Shown here: positions 28,973 through 39,519 of the stretch, one piece after another
How the letters are laid out: each line of letters starts with the position of its first letter
Numbering within the stretch: position 1 is the stretch's first letter
From: Opitutales bacterium
GTDB taxonomy: Bacteria > Verrucomicrobiota > Verrucomicrobiia > Opitutales > UBA2987
Assembly: GCA_965226885.1 (NCBI GenBank)
Contig: CBDDEL010000016.1
Coordinates: 608,001 to 672,000, forward strand
DNA: 64,000 nt
Direction of reading: 5' to 3'
Made by a program: the position numbers and the translations under genes
The notes under the pieces: generated by a model
The model's input: only the letters and a program-made list of their open reading frames with translations
Told to the model about the DNA's origin: nothing
Databases searched by the model: none

Positions 28973-29939
28973 TTATGGGGCGTCTTCCAGGTTGCGGAGA
29001 AAGTCTCTGACGGTGTGATTAAAGATCGTTGGTTGTTCGAGCATGACCATGTGGGAGGCATCGGGAATGATCGCCACCACCGACTCTGGAATCATCTGAG
29101 CGTACCACTTTCACGGTTTCGGGTGGAGCCTCGTCATGCTCTCCACCGATCAAGAGAGTAGGGACTGAAATAGTCTTCAACACGTCCGTCTTATCGAAGT
29201 CCTTGAGAACGCCGTTCACTACGAACTCGTTGGGCCCAAACATTTCCTCGTATACTGGCCCGATATTCTCGACCGCTTCTAAGAGCCTCGGTGGCCACGG
29301 ATCCAAGCGACAGAAATACCGCTGCATAAACACCATTGTGGCATCATGGTATTCCTCGGAGTCGAATGTGCCAGTGGCATTATGTTCCGAAAGAATGGCT
29401 TGGGTTTCTTCGGGAAATGCCTCAAGCAGGATTTTTGCATCCGCGATCCAACGACGAGTACTGATGTGAGGCCCTACCATTGTTAAGCTTTCAATTCCCA
29501 TTGGTTGCTTCTCAGGGTAGGCAGTCATGAGCGCGGCTCCCCACGAGTGACCAAGCAGATGTATCCGAGAAAGATTCAGATGGCGTCGCAGGGCGACCAA
29601 GTCTTCGACAAACACGTCTACCGTCCACTCGTAGGTCTCATCTGGTATCGATGACCAACCGCCACCCAACTGGTCATAGAGGATAACAGGGCGCTCATCC
29701 GCCAACTTCTCCAGCGGCTCTAGGTAGGAGCTTGATGCTCCTGGACCTCCATGCAGTACAAGCAGAGGAGTGTTTCTGTTTTTGGGATTGACCACCCGGT
29801 ACCAAAGTTTCCGCTCGCCATTTTTTAGGTAGCCTTCGATTGCGTATGGATTCTCGATATGGATGCTCGTATGGGCATCAGTTTCTTGGCCGCTGATAGG
29901 TAATTCGCCGAGACCAAGGTACAATAACCAAGCGAGCAT
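28973..29939 (-). pseudogene. Proline iminopeptidase-family alpha/beta hydrolase, frameshifted near the C-terminus
   Basis: Motifs LHGGPG, GHSWG, GEHDE. One extra base near 29110 puts the DASHM (catalytic His) segment out of frame. Confidence 0.8.
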
Positions 29940-29972
29940 CAGAGACCATGGCTTGAGATATAAGGTTACCCA

Positions 29973-30119
29973 TGAAGTGTAGACAGTAGACTGTAAGCCG
30001 GGTTAGAAAAGGAAGATCCTATGACTCGTCAAAAGCAAAGATATACTGTTTCGTTCAAGAAGGAAGTGCTGGGCTATTGGCAGAGCACCGATGAAGCGGC
30101 CAAGGTAGTGGCCAAGCAT
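29973..30119 (+). mobile_element. Transposase 5' stub (IS3-like orfA start)
   Basis: Putative TGAAGTG.. end, then MTRQKQRYTVSFKKEVLGYW, truncated next to the tRNA. Confidence 0.5.
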
Positions 30120-30164
30120 AATTTTATCAAAAAAGTTATAATTCTATAATCTATTGTATATCAA

Positions 30165-30239
30165 TGGAGGCGCGGGTCGGAATCGAACCGACGTGTAGAG
30201 GATTTGCAGTCCCCGGCCTTACCACTTGGCTACCGCGCC
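30165..30239 (-). tRNA. tRNA-Cys (GCA)
   Basis: 75-nt cloverleaf: GGCGCGG/CCGCGCC acceptor stem, anticodon loop CTGCAAA, TTCGATT T-loop, U73 and encoded CCA. Confidence 0.97.
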
Positions 30240-30414
30240 GAATCAATGGGCTGGATATCAAATAAGCCGCATCTGAAAACAAGTTTCAAGCTGTTTTTCT
30301 TTTTATTAGTCTTATTTGAATGAAGAACCTTTCAATTCTAAAAAGCTTTAATCTTTTTCCGGGAAAATCGGCTAGACTCCGCTTGCCACCTTCCGGCATA
30401 CTTTGCCGCCATTT

Positions 30415-31194
30415 ATGCCTGCTACCATTTTAACCATTGCCAATCAAAAGGGAGGCGTCGGCAAGACTGCCACCGCCATCAACCTGGGGGCCGCTCTGGC
30501 CGAAAAAGGCGTCCGCACCTTGTTGCTCGATATGGACCCGCAGGCCAATGCCACGAGTGGACTCGGCCTGGAAAAATCAACCGGTGGAAGCATCTATGGT
30601 CCGCTCCACGGTGATGGCTATGCCGCTCAAAAGGTTGTCGAAACGGGCATCGAAAATTTTTCCATCATTCCCTCGGAAATTGACCTGGCGGCGGTCGAAA
30701 TCGAGCTGGGTCAAAAGCAGGACTACCTGATACAGTTGCGCAACTGCCTGCTGCCGCTGCGAAACTCGGAGGATTTCGGGGTTATTTTAATAGACTGTCC
30801 GCCAGCCCTCGGTTGGCTCTCCATGAATAGCCTGGCGGCGGCAGATTACCTGCTGATCGCCTTGCAATGCGAATACTTGGCCATGGAGGGTCTGGGCCAG
30901 ATACTGGCTGTAGTCGAGAAGTTGAGGGAGGCCGGAGCCAACCCCGACCTGCAACTGGGGGGTATTGCCATGACTATGTTCGATGTGCGCACCAATCTGA
31001 GCCGGCAGGTTGTGGACGAAGTTGGCAAGCATTTTGGAGACGTTGTTTTCAATTCCGTGATTCCCAGAACAATTCGATTGGGGGAAGCTCCCAGCTTTGG
31101 GAAGACCATTTTTCAATACGATGCTCTCAACCCAGCTGCCAGCGCTTATAAAAACCTGGCCGGGGAAGTCCTGAAACGTTTCGATTTAAAATGA
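30415..31194 (+). CDS. parA: ParA/Soj family ATPase
   Basis: Motifs NQKGGVGKT, DMDPQANAT, IDCPP, QCEY.A.EG, EAPSFG. Confidence 0.93.
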   Translation: MPATILTIANQKGGVGKTATAINLGAALAEKGVRTLLLDMDPQANATSGLGLEKSTGGSIYGPLHGDGYAAQKVVETGIENFSIIPSEIDLAAVEIELGQKQDYLIQLRNCLLPLRNSEDFGVILIDCPPALGWLSMNSLAAADYLLIALQCEYLAMEGLGQILAVVEKLREAGANPDLQLGGIAMTMFDVRTNLSRQVVDEVGKHFGDVVFNSVIPRTIRLGEAPSFGKTIFQYDALNPAASAYKNLAGEVLKRFDLK

Positions 31195-31230
31195 GACTCT
31201 TTAGCCGTTAAATTGGCGATGGGAAGAATA

Positions 31231-31932
31231 ATGTCCGACCTGGAACAACTGCAAAAATCCATCGGTTATCGCTTCCGGAATCTGGATTTGCTACAGCAAA
31301 GCCTGACTCATCCCTCTTATATCCAGGTCAATCCACAGGCGGGCGAACACAATCAGCGGTTGGAGTTTCTGGGCGACGCCGTGTTTTCCCTTACGCTGGC
31401 GGAGAAGCTCTACCATCTGCTTCCAGATGATAGGGAAGGCCCCCTCAGCCGCTGCCGGTCCAGTTTGGTCAAAGGAGAGAAATTAACCGGTCTGGCCCTG
31501 AACCTGGGTCTGCACAAGCACCTGCGCATGAGCGATGGAGAGGAGCAAAACGGGGGGCGGCAACGTCCTTCTATCCTCGAGGATGCCCTCGAAGCTCTAG
31601 CCGGGGCGATTTTTCTGGACAGCGAGATGGAGACTGCCAAACGAGTGATCCTGTCCTGGTATAACGGTATCGAACCGCATCTGGAAAACCTGCTCGAGAC
31701 CTATAACCCCAAAGGACAGTTGCAGGAAGCGGTGCAGCCCACCCTTGGCAACAACGTCCTGAAATACCACGTGACCAAAGAAACCGGGCCCGACCATAAA
31801 AAATATTTCAAGGTAATCGTACTGGTGGCCGGGGAAAAAATGGGCGCGGGCGAAGGGACATCTAAAAAAGAGGCTGAGGAAAAGGCCGCCTTGATCGCCT
31901 TGCGAAAGTGGAAGCAATCCACCTCTCAATGA
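31231..31932 (+). CDS. rnc: Ribonuclease III
   Basis: Motifs NQRLEFLGDAV and D.LEAL.GA; dsRBD with GPDH.K.F...SKKEAE. Confidence 0.95.
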   Translation: MSDLEQLQKSIGYRFRNLDLLQQSLTHPSYIQVNPQAGEHNQRLEFLGDAVFSLTLAEKLYHLLPDDREGPLSRCRSSLVKGEKLTGLALNLGLHKHLRMSDGEEQNGGRQRPSILEDALEALAGAIFLDSEMETAKRVILSWYNGIEPHLENLLETYNPKGQLQEAVQPTLGNNVLKYHVTKETGPDHKKYFKVIVLVAGEKMGAGEGTSKKEAEEKAALIALRKWKQSTSQ

Positions 31933-34900
31933 GGGCAAGTCCCATAAAAAACTCCCTTCAGTCGGAGTTGCGAACGGGTGTCGCGGAGGCCGCCGTCCCG
32001 GCCATTTGCTCGCTCTTGTTAAAACAAAAACTGGCGCCGGTCACATTTATTTTGGCCAAAGACCAGAGCCAGTGCGAGCATTGGATTGAAGATCTGATTT
32101 TTTTTGATCGAATTTCCAAAAAACAGCTTAACATTGAGACGCACCTTCTCCCCGATCTTACTGGTGGGTCGAGGGACGATCCGCACTATTTTAACCAGGA
32201 ATGCGATCGACTGGCCGCCCTTACGCGACTAAACGACTGCCGCCTATTAACGGAGCCACAGCATCCGCTGGTCATTTTGGCCACTCCGCGCGGCTTGTTT
32301 CAACCGTTTCCGCACCGAAAAAACCTCGCGGCGCTGGAAATTCGCCTTCGGTCGGGCCAAGAATTTCCATTTGGAAAGCTGGTGAAAAAACTGGAATCGA
32401 GTCTGCGCTACGATTGCGAGGCACTCTGTGAAACCCCCGGGCAATATGCCGTGCGAGGAGGATTGGTCGATGTTTATCCCGTTAATGCCGATCAACCCTA
32501 CCGCATTGATTTTTTCGGCGATGAAATCGAGGAAATCCGGGCTTTCGATCCAACCACCCAGCTCTCTCTGGAAAGTGTTACGGAGGTGGTTGTGGCGGCC
32601 TTGCCCAAAGGGGTGCAACAGGAAAGGGAAAATCATTTTTTCGATTATTTGGGGGACGCCGTCCACTGGATACTATGGGAGCCAGCGGTCCTGGCAGAAG
32701 CATTCCCTGCCTATTTTCCCGAAACTCAGGTGGCCATGGCGGCCATTTCGGGATTCCCTCAACTGCAGGAAAGGCGCGAGGCATTTCCGGATCGTTGGAC
32801 TGGCTTGACGGAAATCGATGCGACGAATCCACTTTTCGGGCCCGATTGCCCACGCAATACCTGCGAGACGGAGCCATTAAGCAGTTACCGGACTTTTATC
32901 CCGGAAGCGGATTTCGGGCTGGGAAGAGTCGAGGCCGAGCAGGAGGCGCGCTTGCAATTTCTGAAACAGGCGCTCGATTGGCAGCAGGAGGGGTTCAACA
33001 TCCTCTACGCGGCGATAAACGATGGCCGGGAAAAGCGGTTTAAATCTATCCTTGAATCGGAACCGGAATTGGCCGAGTTGAAACCGCGGTATGTTCGTGG
33101 TGAAATCAGCGAAGGATTCCTCCTTTTTTTTCCCGAAGCTAACAACGCATTTGCACCCGAAAGCGAGGAGACACCCGCTAGCAAAGGCATCGTTTTTTTA
33201 AGCGACACGGAAATATTCGGACGTTTCCGCAAACGTCCCGTAGGGTTGCGGCGCAGGCGACTTCCCCACCGCGCCCAGGTCGATCAAATGCTGAATTTTT
33301 CCGATTTGGCGCAAGGCGATCTACTGGTCCATCTGCAGCACGGCATATGCCAGTATGGCGGCCTCACCCAGCTGAACATAGAAGAAAAAGACAGGGAGGT
33401 CATTTCGCTCGAATTTGAAGACGGGATAATCCTGCATGTGCCTTTGCACGAATCACACCTGCTTACGCGATACGTCGGGTTGACCAAGGCGAGGCCGAGA
33501 TTGGGCCGGTTGGGGGCCGGCGCCTGGAACAGAACCCGCCGGGCAGCGGAAAAAGCGACCCTTGATTATGCTGCCGAAATGCTCCAGTTGCAGGCCCGGC
33601 GTGAAACCATAAAAGGGCATGCCTTTCCCCCCGACGGTCAATGGCAGCAAGAGTTCGAGGAATCGTTCCCTTTTCAGGAAACGCCCGACCAGGCCATGGC
33701 AATCGCCGAAACCAAGGCCGATATGGAATTAGAGCAGACAACGGACAGGCTCATCTGCGGCGATGTCGGTTACGGGAAAACGGAAGTAGCTTTAAGGGCC
33801 GCCTTCAAATCCGTTATGGACGGCAAGCAGGTGGCCGTGCTGGTCCCCACAACCATCCTGGCGCAGCAGCACTGGAACACCTTTCTGGAAAGAATGGCGG
33901 CCTATCCCATCATCATTGAAATGCTCAGCCGTTTTCGCACTAAAAAGCAGCAGATCGAAATCCTCGATCATCTGCAATCCGGCAAAGTGGACATCCTCAT
34001 CGGCACGCACCGTTTATTGAGCGGCGATGTCCGGTTCAAGGATCTGGGCATACTGATTGTGGACGAGGAACATCGATTCGGCGTCAAACATAAAGAAAAG
34101 CTGAAACAGCTGCGGGAAAACGTGGATGTGTTTTCCATGAGCGCCACCCCCATTCCGCGCACCTTATACTTGTCCCTCATGGGGGCTAGAAAAATGAGCC
34201 TGATCGAAACGCCCCCCATAGACCGTTTGCCCATCCACACGATAGTAAAAAACTACGATCCGAAATTGGTAAAAGAAGCCATTGAGTTTGAAGTCTCCCG
34301 CGGCGGGCAGGTATTTTATTTGCACAACCGGGTCCAGACCATCGATTCGGTGGCCATGCGGCTGCAGGAGATGTTTCCCAAAATGAATATCGCGGTGGGC
34401 CATGGGCAGATGTCGGAAACTTTCCTGGAAAGAATAATGACCCGGTTCGTGGCGGGCGAATTCGATATCCTGGTTTGCACCACCATCATTGAATCGGGGC
34501 TGGATATACCCAACTGCAATACCATCATCATCGAGGGAGCGGACCGTTTTGGATTGTCCCAGCTTTACCAGTTGCGGGGTCGAGTGGGCCGCAGCAAACG
34601 CCAGGCATACGCCTACCTGCTCTTGCACAGGCATTCCCGCCTTGTTGAGCAGGCCCGCAAGAGGCTCAGCGCCATGCGCCAATACAATCGGCTGGGCGCG
34701 GGCTTCAAGATAGCCATGCGGGACCTCGAGCTGCGAGGGGCCGGCAACCTTCTGGGCACACGACAAAGCGGCCATATTGCCGGCATCGGCTTCGAACTTT
34801 ACTGCCAATTATTAAAGCAGAGCATTGCGCGTCTGAAAGGTGGAAAGGGCGCTGCCAGAATCCGGGCCACGATACGCCTCGATTTTGTCACCCTGGGCGG

Positions 34901-35384
34901 CGGTTTCAAAACGGAAAACGAAGAGACACCCATCGGTTTTGCCATCCTCAAAGAGGAGGAATTGGCCCGCGAACGGATTGGGTTGCAAGCCGCAGGCATA
35001 CCCCGGGATTACATCGACGAAACCCAGTTGCGGATCGATGTTCACCGCCAATTGGCCCTGGCGGACTCTGTTAAAGTCGTTAAGGCAATCCGGGCTGCGT
35101 TGAAAGATCGGTTCGGCCCCTACCCAGCCGAAGTGGAAGCCCTGCTCCTCGTCACCGAAATCAGGTGTCTGGCCGAAGCCAAAAACATTCTCCAGGTATC
35201 GAGCGAAGGAAATCGGCTCAAGTGTTTGAAAGCCAGCGGCCTATCCAACAATTACCTGAAACGGGGCAATCGTTTTCCCCGCCTGGCCCGGCGAACCCCA
35301 CTCCCCCGCCTGAAGGAAGTGCGCGATTTTCTAAAAAAACTGTCGGCACCTGAAACCTCCATCCACCCCGTATTACCTACTTGA
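31929..35384 (+). CDS. mfd: Transcription-repair coupling factor
   Basis: CarD-like domain; GDVGYGKTEVA, DEEHRFGV, QLRGRVGRS; TRCF C-terminus. Confidence 0.95.
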   Translation: MRASPIKNSLQSELRTGVAEAAVPAICSLLLKQKLAPVTFILAKDQSQCEHWIEDLIFFDRISKKQLNIETHLLPDLTGGSRDDPHYFNQECDRLAALTRLNDCRLLTEPQHPLVILATPRGLFQPFPHRKNLAALEIRLRSGQEFPFGKLVKKLESSLRYDCEALCETPGQYAVRGGLVDVYPVNADQPYRIDFFGDEIEEIRAFDPTTQLSLESVTEVVVAALPKGVQQERENHFFDYLGDAVHWILWEPAVLAEAFPAYFPETQVAMAAISGFPQLQERREAFPDRWTGLTEIDATNPLFGPDCPRNTCETEPLSSYRTFIPEADFGLGRVEAEQEARLQFLKQALDWQQEGFNILYAAINDGREKRFKSILESEPELAELKPRYVRGEISEGFLLFFPEANNAFAPESEETPASKGIVFLSDTEIFGRFRKRPVGLRRRRLPHRAQVDQMLNFSDLAQGDLLVHLQHGICQYGGLTQLNIEEKDREVISLEFEDGIILHVPLHESHLLTRYVGLTKARPRLGRLGAGAWNRTRRAAEKATLDYAAEMLQLQARRETIKGHAFPPDGQWQQEFEESFPFQETPDQAMAIAETKADMELEQTTDRLICGDVGYGKTEVALRAAFKSVMDGKQVAVLVPTTILAQQHWNTFLERMAAYPIIIEMLSRFRTKKQQIEILDHLQSGKVDILIGTHRLLSGDVRFKDLGILIVDEEHRFGVKHKEKLKQLRENVDVFSMSATPIPRTLYLSLMGARKMSLIETPPIDRLPIHTIVKNYDPKLVKEAIEFEVSRGGQVFYLHNRVQTIDSVAMRLQEMFPKMNIAVGHGQMSETFLERIMTRFVAGEFDILVCTTIIESGLDIPNCNTIIIEGADRFGLSQLYQLRGRVGRSKRQAYAYLLLHRHSRLVEQARKRLSAMRQYNRLGAGFKIAMRDLELRGAGNLLGTRQSGHIAGIGFELYCQLLKQSIARLKGGKGAARIRATIRLDFVTLGGGFKTENEETPIGFAILKEEELARERIGLQAAGIPRDYIDETQLRIDVHRQLALADSVKVVKAIRAALKDRFGPYPAEVEALLLVTEIRCLAEAKNILQVSSEGNRLKCLKASGLSNNYLKRGNRFPRLARRTPLPRLKEVRDFLKKLSAPETSIHPVLPT

Positions 35385-35438
35385 CCTCATTGCCTACACT
35401 CCTTTTAAGCTACAAGGTTAAAAAAAGAGTTATCGAAG

Positions 35439-36437
35439 ATGCACTTCTCAACAAACCGTTCCCTGATTCTGTGCCTATGTTCCACATTGGCGTTTTTTGC
35501 TCCGCTGGCCGGGCAAATCGCTCATAACATTTGGGAACCCCCCCTCAAGCATGGTATCGCCGCGGTGGTTGAAGACCGTATCATTACCTACGAGGAGATT
35601 CGCCGCCAAATGTCCCCCCTAATCGGGCGCATTCAGCAGGACTCCCGCAGCGCCGCCGAATTTCAGCGCAATATGGAGGAACTCTACCTCGAGGTTTTGC
35701 AAAGTCTTGTTGATAACATATTAGTTATCAAAGATTTTCAAAGCGAGGAAGAACGCGTTATTCCTCGTTCCTATGTCGAAAACGAATATGACCGCATATT
35801 AATCGAGGATTTCGGCAACGACAGGCGCAAATTTCTCGAAAGCCTGCGCAAAGAAGGCAAAAACCCACGGGAATTCCGTAGGGACCTGGAGGAACAGATC
35901 ATCGTCAGCGTGATGAGTCAACAAATGCGCAAATCCCAGTCCGAGATCAGCCCGGAAAAAATTGAGGACTTTTACAACCAGAATAAAATCCATTTTTACC
36001 AGGAAGAAAGCGTTCACTTGCGCTTGATCATGCTCAAGCCTTTTGCCGACGAAAGCAGCGACCTGCTTCGCCAAACCGCCGACAAAGTAATGGCGGAACT
36101 GGATTCAGAAGAGCCCTTCGCAAAAGTGGCGGAGAATTTCAGCCAGGATTCCCGGCGCAAAAAAGGCGGCGATTGGGGTTGGATCAACCGCCCGGATTTA
36201 CGCGATGAGTTGAGCGAAGTGGCCTTCTCGCTGAAAAAGGAAACCTACAGCCAGCCCATTCCGCTCGGCCAGCAATTTTATATTTTATATGTCGAGGACC
36301 GGCGCGATGAAGGAATCCAGCCGCTGAATGAAGTACGCGACCGCATTGAAAACATTCTTGCTGGTAAGCTGGCCCGTCAGGCCCAAAAACGCTGGAAAGA
36401 ACGCCTCCGCAAGAACGCTTTTGTCAAATATTACTGA
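35439..36437 (+). CDS. SurA-like parvulin peptidyl-prolyl isomerase
   Basis: Signal peptide, SurA N-terminal domain, F..VA..FS.D....GGDWGW. Confidence 0.85.
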   Translation: MHFSTNRSLILCLCSTLAFFAPLAGQIAHNIWEPPLKHGIAAVVEDRIITYEEIRRQMSPLIGRIQQDSRSAAEFQRNMEELYLEVLQSLVDNILVIKDFQSEEERVIPRSYVENEYDRILIEDFGNDRRKFLESLRKEGKNPREFRRDLEEQIIVSVMSQQMRKSQSEISPEKIEDFYNQNKIHFYQEESVHLRLIMLKPFADESSDLLRQTADKVMAELDSEEPFAKVAENFSQDSRRKKGGDWGWINRPDLRDELSEVAFSLKKETYSQPIPLGQQFYILYVEDRRDEGIQPLNEVRDRIENILAGKLARQAQKRWKERLRKNAFVKYY

Positions 36438-36550
36438 TACCCACTGGGTAACGAAAATAGCGGGCATTCCCTGAATTTTCAGGCTTCTGTAGCCCGGCGC
36501 TTGAATTGGTTTGCCAAAAGCAAATGCCTGCACATACGCTCCCGGCGGTT

Positions 36551-37270
36551 ATGAACAAGCCGTACACCGCCTCCCTGCGCCTACGCGACCTGGCCGTCAA
36601 CGAACGTCCCCAGGAAAGATTGGAAAAACACGGCCCCGCAGCGCTCAGCGATACGGAACTACTCGCCATGTTATTGCGCAGCGGAAGCAAAGGTATGGAT
36701 GTGCTTTCACTCTCCTCCCTCATCATTTCCGAAGCGGGTTCCCTGGCCGGTCTCCTTACCTGGTCGGATTCCGATTTTAAAAAGCTCAAAGGGATCGGGA
36801 AGGTCAAGGCTTTGCAATTAATTACCGTCATGGAGATGGCCCGCCGCATCCTCACGGACGACCGGGATAATCCACCCAATTTTACCAACCCGGAGGAGGT
36901 TTACCGCCATTTTACTCCATTGACCGCGGGTCTCGAGGTGGAAAAATTCTGGGTTCTCTGCCTCAACCGCAAAAACCGCCTGATCAAACGCATAGAAGTT
37001 ACCTCGGGCACGGCCACTACCAGCCTGGCCCACCCCCGCGAAGTTTACCGCGAAGCCATCCGCCTGAGCGCTTCGGGAATTATCTGCGCCCACAATCATC
37101 CCAGCGGAGACCCCGCCCCCAGCCTGGCGGACCTGAAAATTACACGCCTCCTTCGGGATGCGGCCAAAACGGTGGAAATCGACCTGCTCGGCCACGTCAT
37201 CATCGGCCGGCCCAAAAGCGATCCGCTGGGCAAAGGCTACTACAGTTTCAACGAATCGGGAAATATTTGA
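36551..37270 (+). CDS. radC: RadC-family JAB-domain protein
   Basis: Motifs RPQERL...G..ALSD.ELLA, HPREV, HNHPSGD..PS.AD. Confidence 0.93.
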   Translation: MNKPYTASLRLRDLAVNERPQERLEKHGPAALSDTELLAMLLRSGSKGMDVLSLSSLIISEAGSLAGLLTWSDSDFKKLKGIGKVKALQLITVMEMARRILTDDRDNPPNFTNPEEVYRHFTPLTAGLEVEKFWVLCLNRKNRLIKRIEVTSGTATTSLAHPREVYREAIRLSASGIICAHNHPSGDPAPSLADLKITRLLRDAAKTVEIDLLGHVIIGRPKSDPLGKGYYSFNESGNI

Positions 37271-37658
37271 GACGTCCCGGGGCGCCACCCGCTCCGGCTC
37301 CGGCCAAGGCTTTCCCCTCCTGCGTCCGCGGCCTGGGCCTGGGCGCTGCCTATAAACCCAACTACGCACCAACCCATCCCCATAGCGAGAATACCTTTCC
37401 ACTGTTTGAGTAACATTCTTCCGCCGCCCATAAAACGGCTCCACTGTCGTTTTTTGCTTCATGCTTCATAGGCCGCCACTATACAGCAAAACGCAAAAAA
37501 CGTCAATGGATAGGTTGGCTCCGTTTGATGCGTTTGATTAAACTTCGATTTTCGGGGTATTTTTCGCCAAAAACCCAAATTTCACCCAAAATACAGCCAT
37601 CCAACAGATAAAAATCCACCAAAAGCCAAAAAACAAAAAAAACTTCAACTCCTAACAT

Positions 37659-37717
37659 CTGTACCGAGCGAAGCGACATCCTTCAACCTGACACCTGTAC
37701 CGAGCGAAGCGACATCC
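37659..37717. repeat. 23-bp direct repeat x2 (CTGTACCGAGCGAAGCGACATCC), period 36
   Basis: Copies at 37659-37681 and 37695-37717. Confidence 0.9.
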
Positions 37718-37746
37718 CTCAATCTCCATCCAGCATCAAGCATCCC

Positions 37747-37820
37747 TGATGTGCACTGGAAAAAGTGGACACGAGATTCTCCTAAATGGAGAATCGAAGC
37801 ATCGGAAGAAGACGCTTTAG
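37747..37820 (+). mobile_element. IS3-A left-end stub
   Basis: Reverse complement of 19094-19167, except the orfA ATG reads ATC. Confidence 0.88.
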
Positions 37821-39387
37821 CCCGGATATTTCATGAAGGGTAAAGTTTGGCTCGTTATTGCTATTGGAGATGGATTTCTTTGTATTTTGAGCAGATCGTC
37901 TTGATTTTTAGGTGTTTTTCAGGGTGTAGAGACACTGCCCCCTTTCCCCCATTGGTTCGGTAGTGCCGGGGGCAGCACCAATGCACCCTTTAGGTTGGCA
38001 CCAATCGGCGGGCCGCATGGTTGAAAAGACTGGCCCAAGGATAACTCTCACTTAGGTGAAAGTGAATCGTTCGGGTGTTGCGCACGATGACCGCTCCGAT
38101 CTTGATTAATTTGAGCCGCAGGGTGTGGCATTGGGCCCGCGCCCACTTCGTCCCTTTTAAGGCTAACCGGCGCATGGCTTCCATCAAGGTGTAGGCCAGC
38201 GCCGACAAGAGCAATCGCCACTGATTGGCCCACCATTGATGGGCGCTGGTGCGCTCGCTGAACAATTGCATCTGTTCCTTGATTCGGTTCTCCATTTCAC
38301 CGCGGCCACAGTATACCTTGTCGTAAAGCTCCTGGGGATCGCCCGGCAGGTTCGTCACCACGAAGCGCGGGTTGGACCCCTGTGCGGTGTGTTCGGCTTT
38401 ATGGATGACCAACCGCAGCCATCGCCACGAATCGGCAGCATAGACGAAGTCCTGGAATAACCGTTGTTTTTTACCCCTTAGTTCGAACCATTCTTTGGCC
38501 TGCTTTTGCAACTGCTGGGCGTCTTGCTGCAAGCGTGCATTGCGAGCCATCCCCACGATGTAACTAACTTCGTTGCGGTCGCACCAAGAGAGTATCCGGT
38601 CTCGACAAAATCCACTGTCGGCGCGCCAAATAATCCGCTTACGGGGCCAGCTTTGGCGAATCCGTTTAACCAGCAATTTGAGGATGGCCCCGGCATGCTT
38701 GCTGGCATCGATCTTGCTCGGCCGCAGGTAGGCCACCAGCAGCTGATCACCGCAAAAAACATATAGCGGCAGAAAACAGTAATGATCATAATAACCGTGG
38801 AAAAAACGTCCCTCCTGGAGCCCGTGCACCGGATTGTCGGTGGCGTCAAAGTCCAGGATGATCTCTTCGGGTTCCTCGGCAAAGGAGCCCATGAACTGTT
38901 CGACCAACAGCTCGTTTACCGCAAAGGCCGCCCGCCGATCCTGCCCGTTTTCAAAACGACACAAAGTCGGCGCGCTGGCCAACGTTTCAATGCGCCCCGT
39001 TACCGTTTGCAACAATGGATCGTGGCGCAGGGTATCAAAGTCGTTCAAATCCTCATAGCCCGCCACCAGCCCGTAAACGCGCTGCCGCAGCATCCCCAAT
39101 ACCTCATGGCGTACTTTGCCCTTCTGCCGTTTGTCCACTAACTGTCGGGCCGCTCGTTCGGTCAAGCCCAACTGCCGATCCACTTCCCGGATCAAAAGCA
39201 GTCCGGCATCCGAAGTAACCTCTCCGCCCTTGAAATCAACCCGCACACGGCGGCCTTTTACCCTTGTCAACTGTAGCTTTAATTGTTTACCTTTTGTCAT
39301 CGCTGATATTGCTTTAATTATTGATCTATCCTGCTGTATATCAGCAGTTAAGCATATCAACGATACTTTTTTTACGAAATATCCGGG
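37821..39387 (-). mobile_element. IS1380-family element, full length
   Basis: IRs CCCGGATATTTC/GAAATATCCGGG (exact ends uncertain by 1-3 bp). Confidence 0.92.
37990..39300 (-). CDS. IS1380 transposase
   Basis: Motifs TSDAGLL, GYEDLND, LDFDATD, RADSGF, Y..RG.MENRIKE. Confidence 0.93.
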   Translation of the reverse strand: MTKGKQLKLQLTRVKGRRVRVDFKGGEVTSDAGLLLIREVDRQLGLTERAARQLVDKRQKGKVRHEVLGMLRQRVYGLVAGYEDLNDFDTLRHDPLLQTVTGRIETLASAPTLCRFENGQDRRAAFAVNELLVEQFMGSFAEEPEEIILDFDATDNPVHGLQEGRFFHGYYDHYCFLPLYVFCGDQLLVAYLRPSKIDASKHAGAILKLLVKRIRQSWPRKRIIWRADSGFCRDRILSWCDRNEVSYIVGMARNARLQQDAQQLQKQAKEWFELRGKKQRLFQDFVYAADSWRWLRLVIHKAEHTAQGSNPRFVVTNLPGDPQELYDKVYCGRGEMENRIKEQMQLFSERTSAHQWWANQWRLLLSALAYTLMEAMRRLALKGTKWARAQCHTLRLKLIKIGAVIVRNTRTIHFHLSESYPWASLFNHAARRLVPT

Positions 39388-39519
39388 CTAATGCACAACG
39401 AAAACATTCATACGCATATTGATCATTATTTTTCGGGATCAAAAGAAATCAATGTTCATAATTCATACTTTGTCGGATTTTGTTGTTATACAGCGGGTGA
39501 AATTTTTGCAAAAATAAAT

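Noticed and set aside
19500..30000. Integron cassette array
   Set aside because: Gene orientation is mixed, there is no intI, and no recurring RYYYAAC...GTTRRRY sites. Only one GTTAGG near 25090.
30415..31194. parA without an adjacent parB
   Set aside because: Orphan ParA/Soj genes are common, and I recognised no parS.
37185..37203. RadC LLGH instead of LLDH
   Set aside because: A single substitution outside the intact HxH...D metal motif; it cannot be interpreted.
37659..37717. Possible mini-CRISPR
   Set aside because: Only two repeats, a 13-bp spacer that itself resembles the flanks, and no cas genes.
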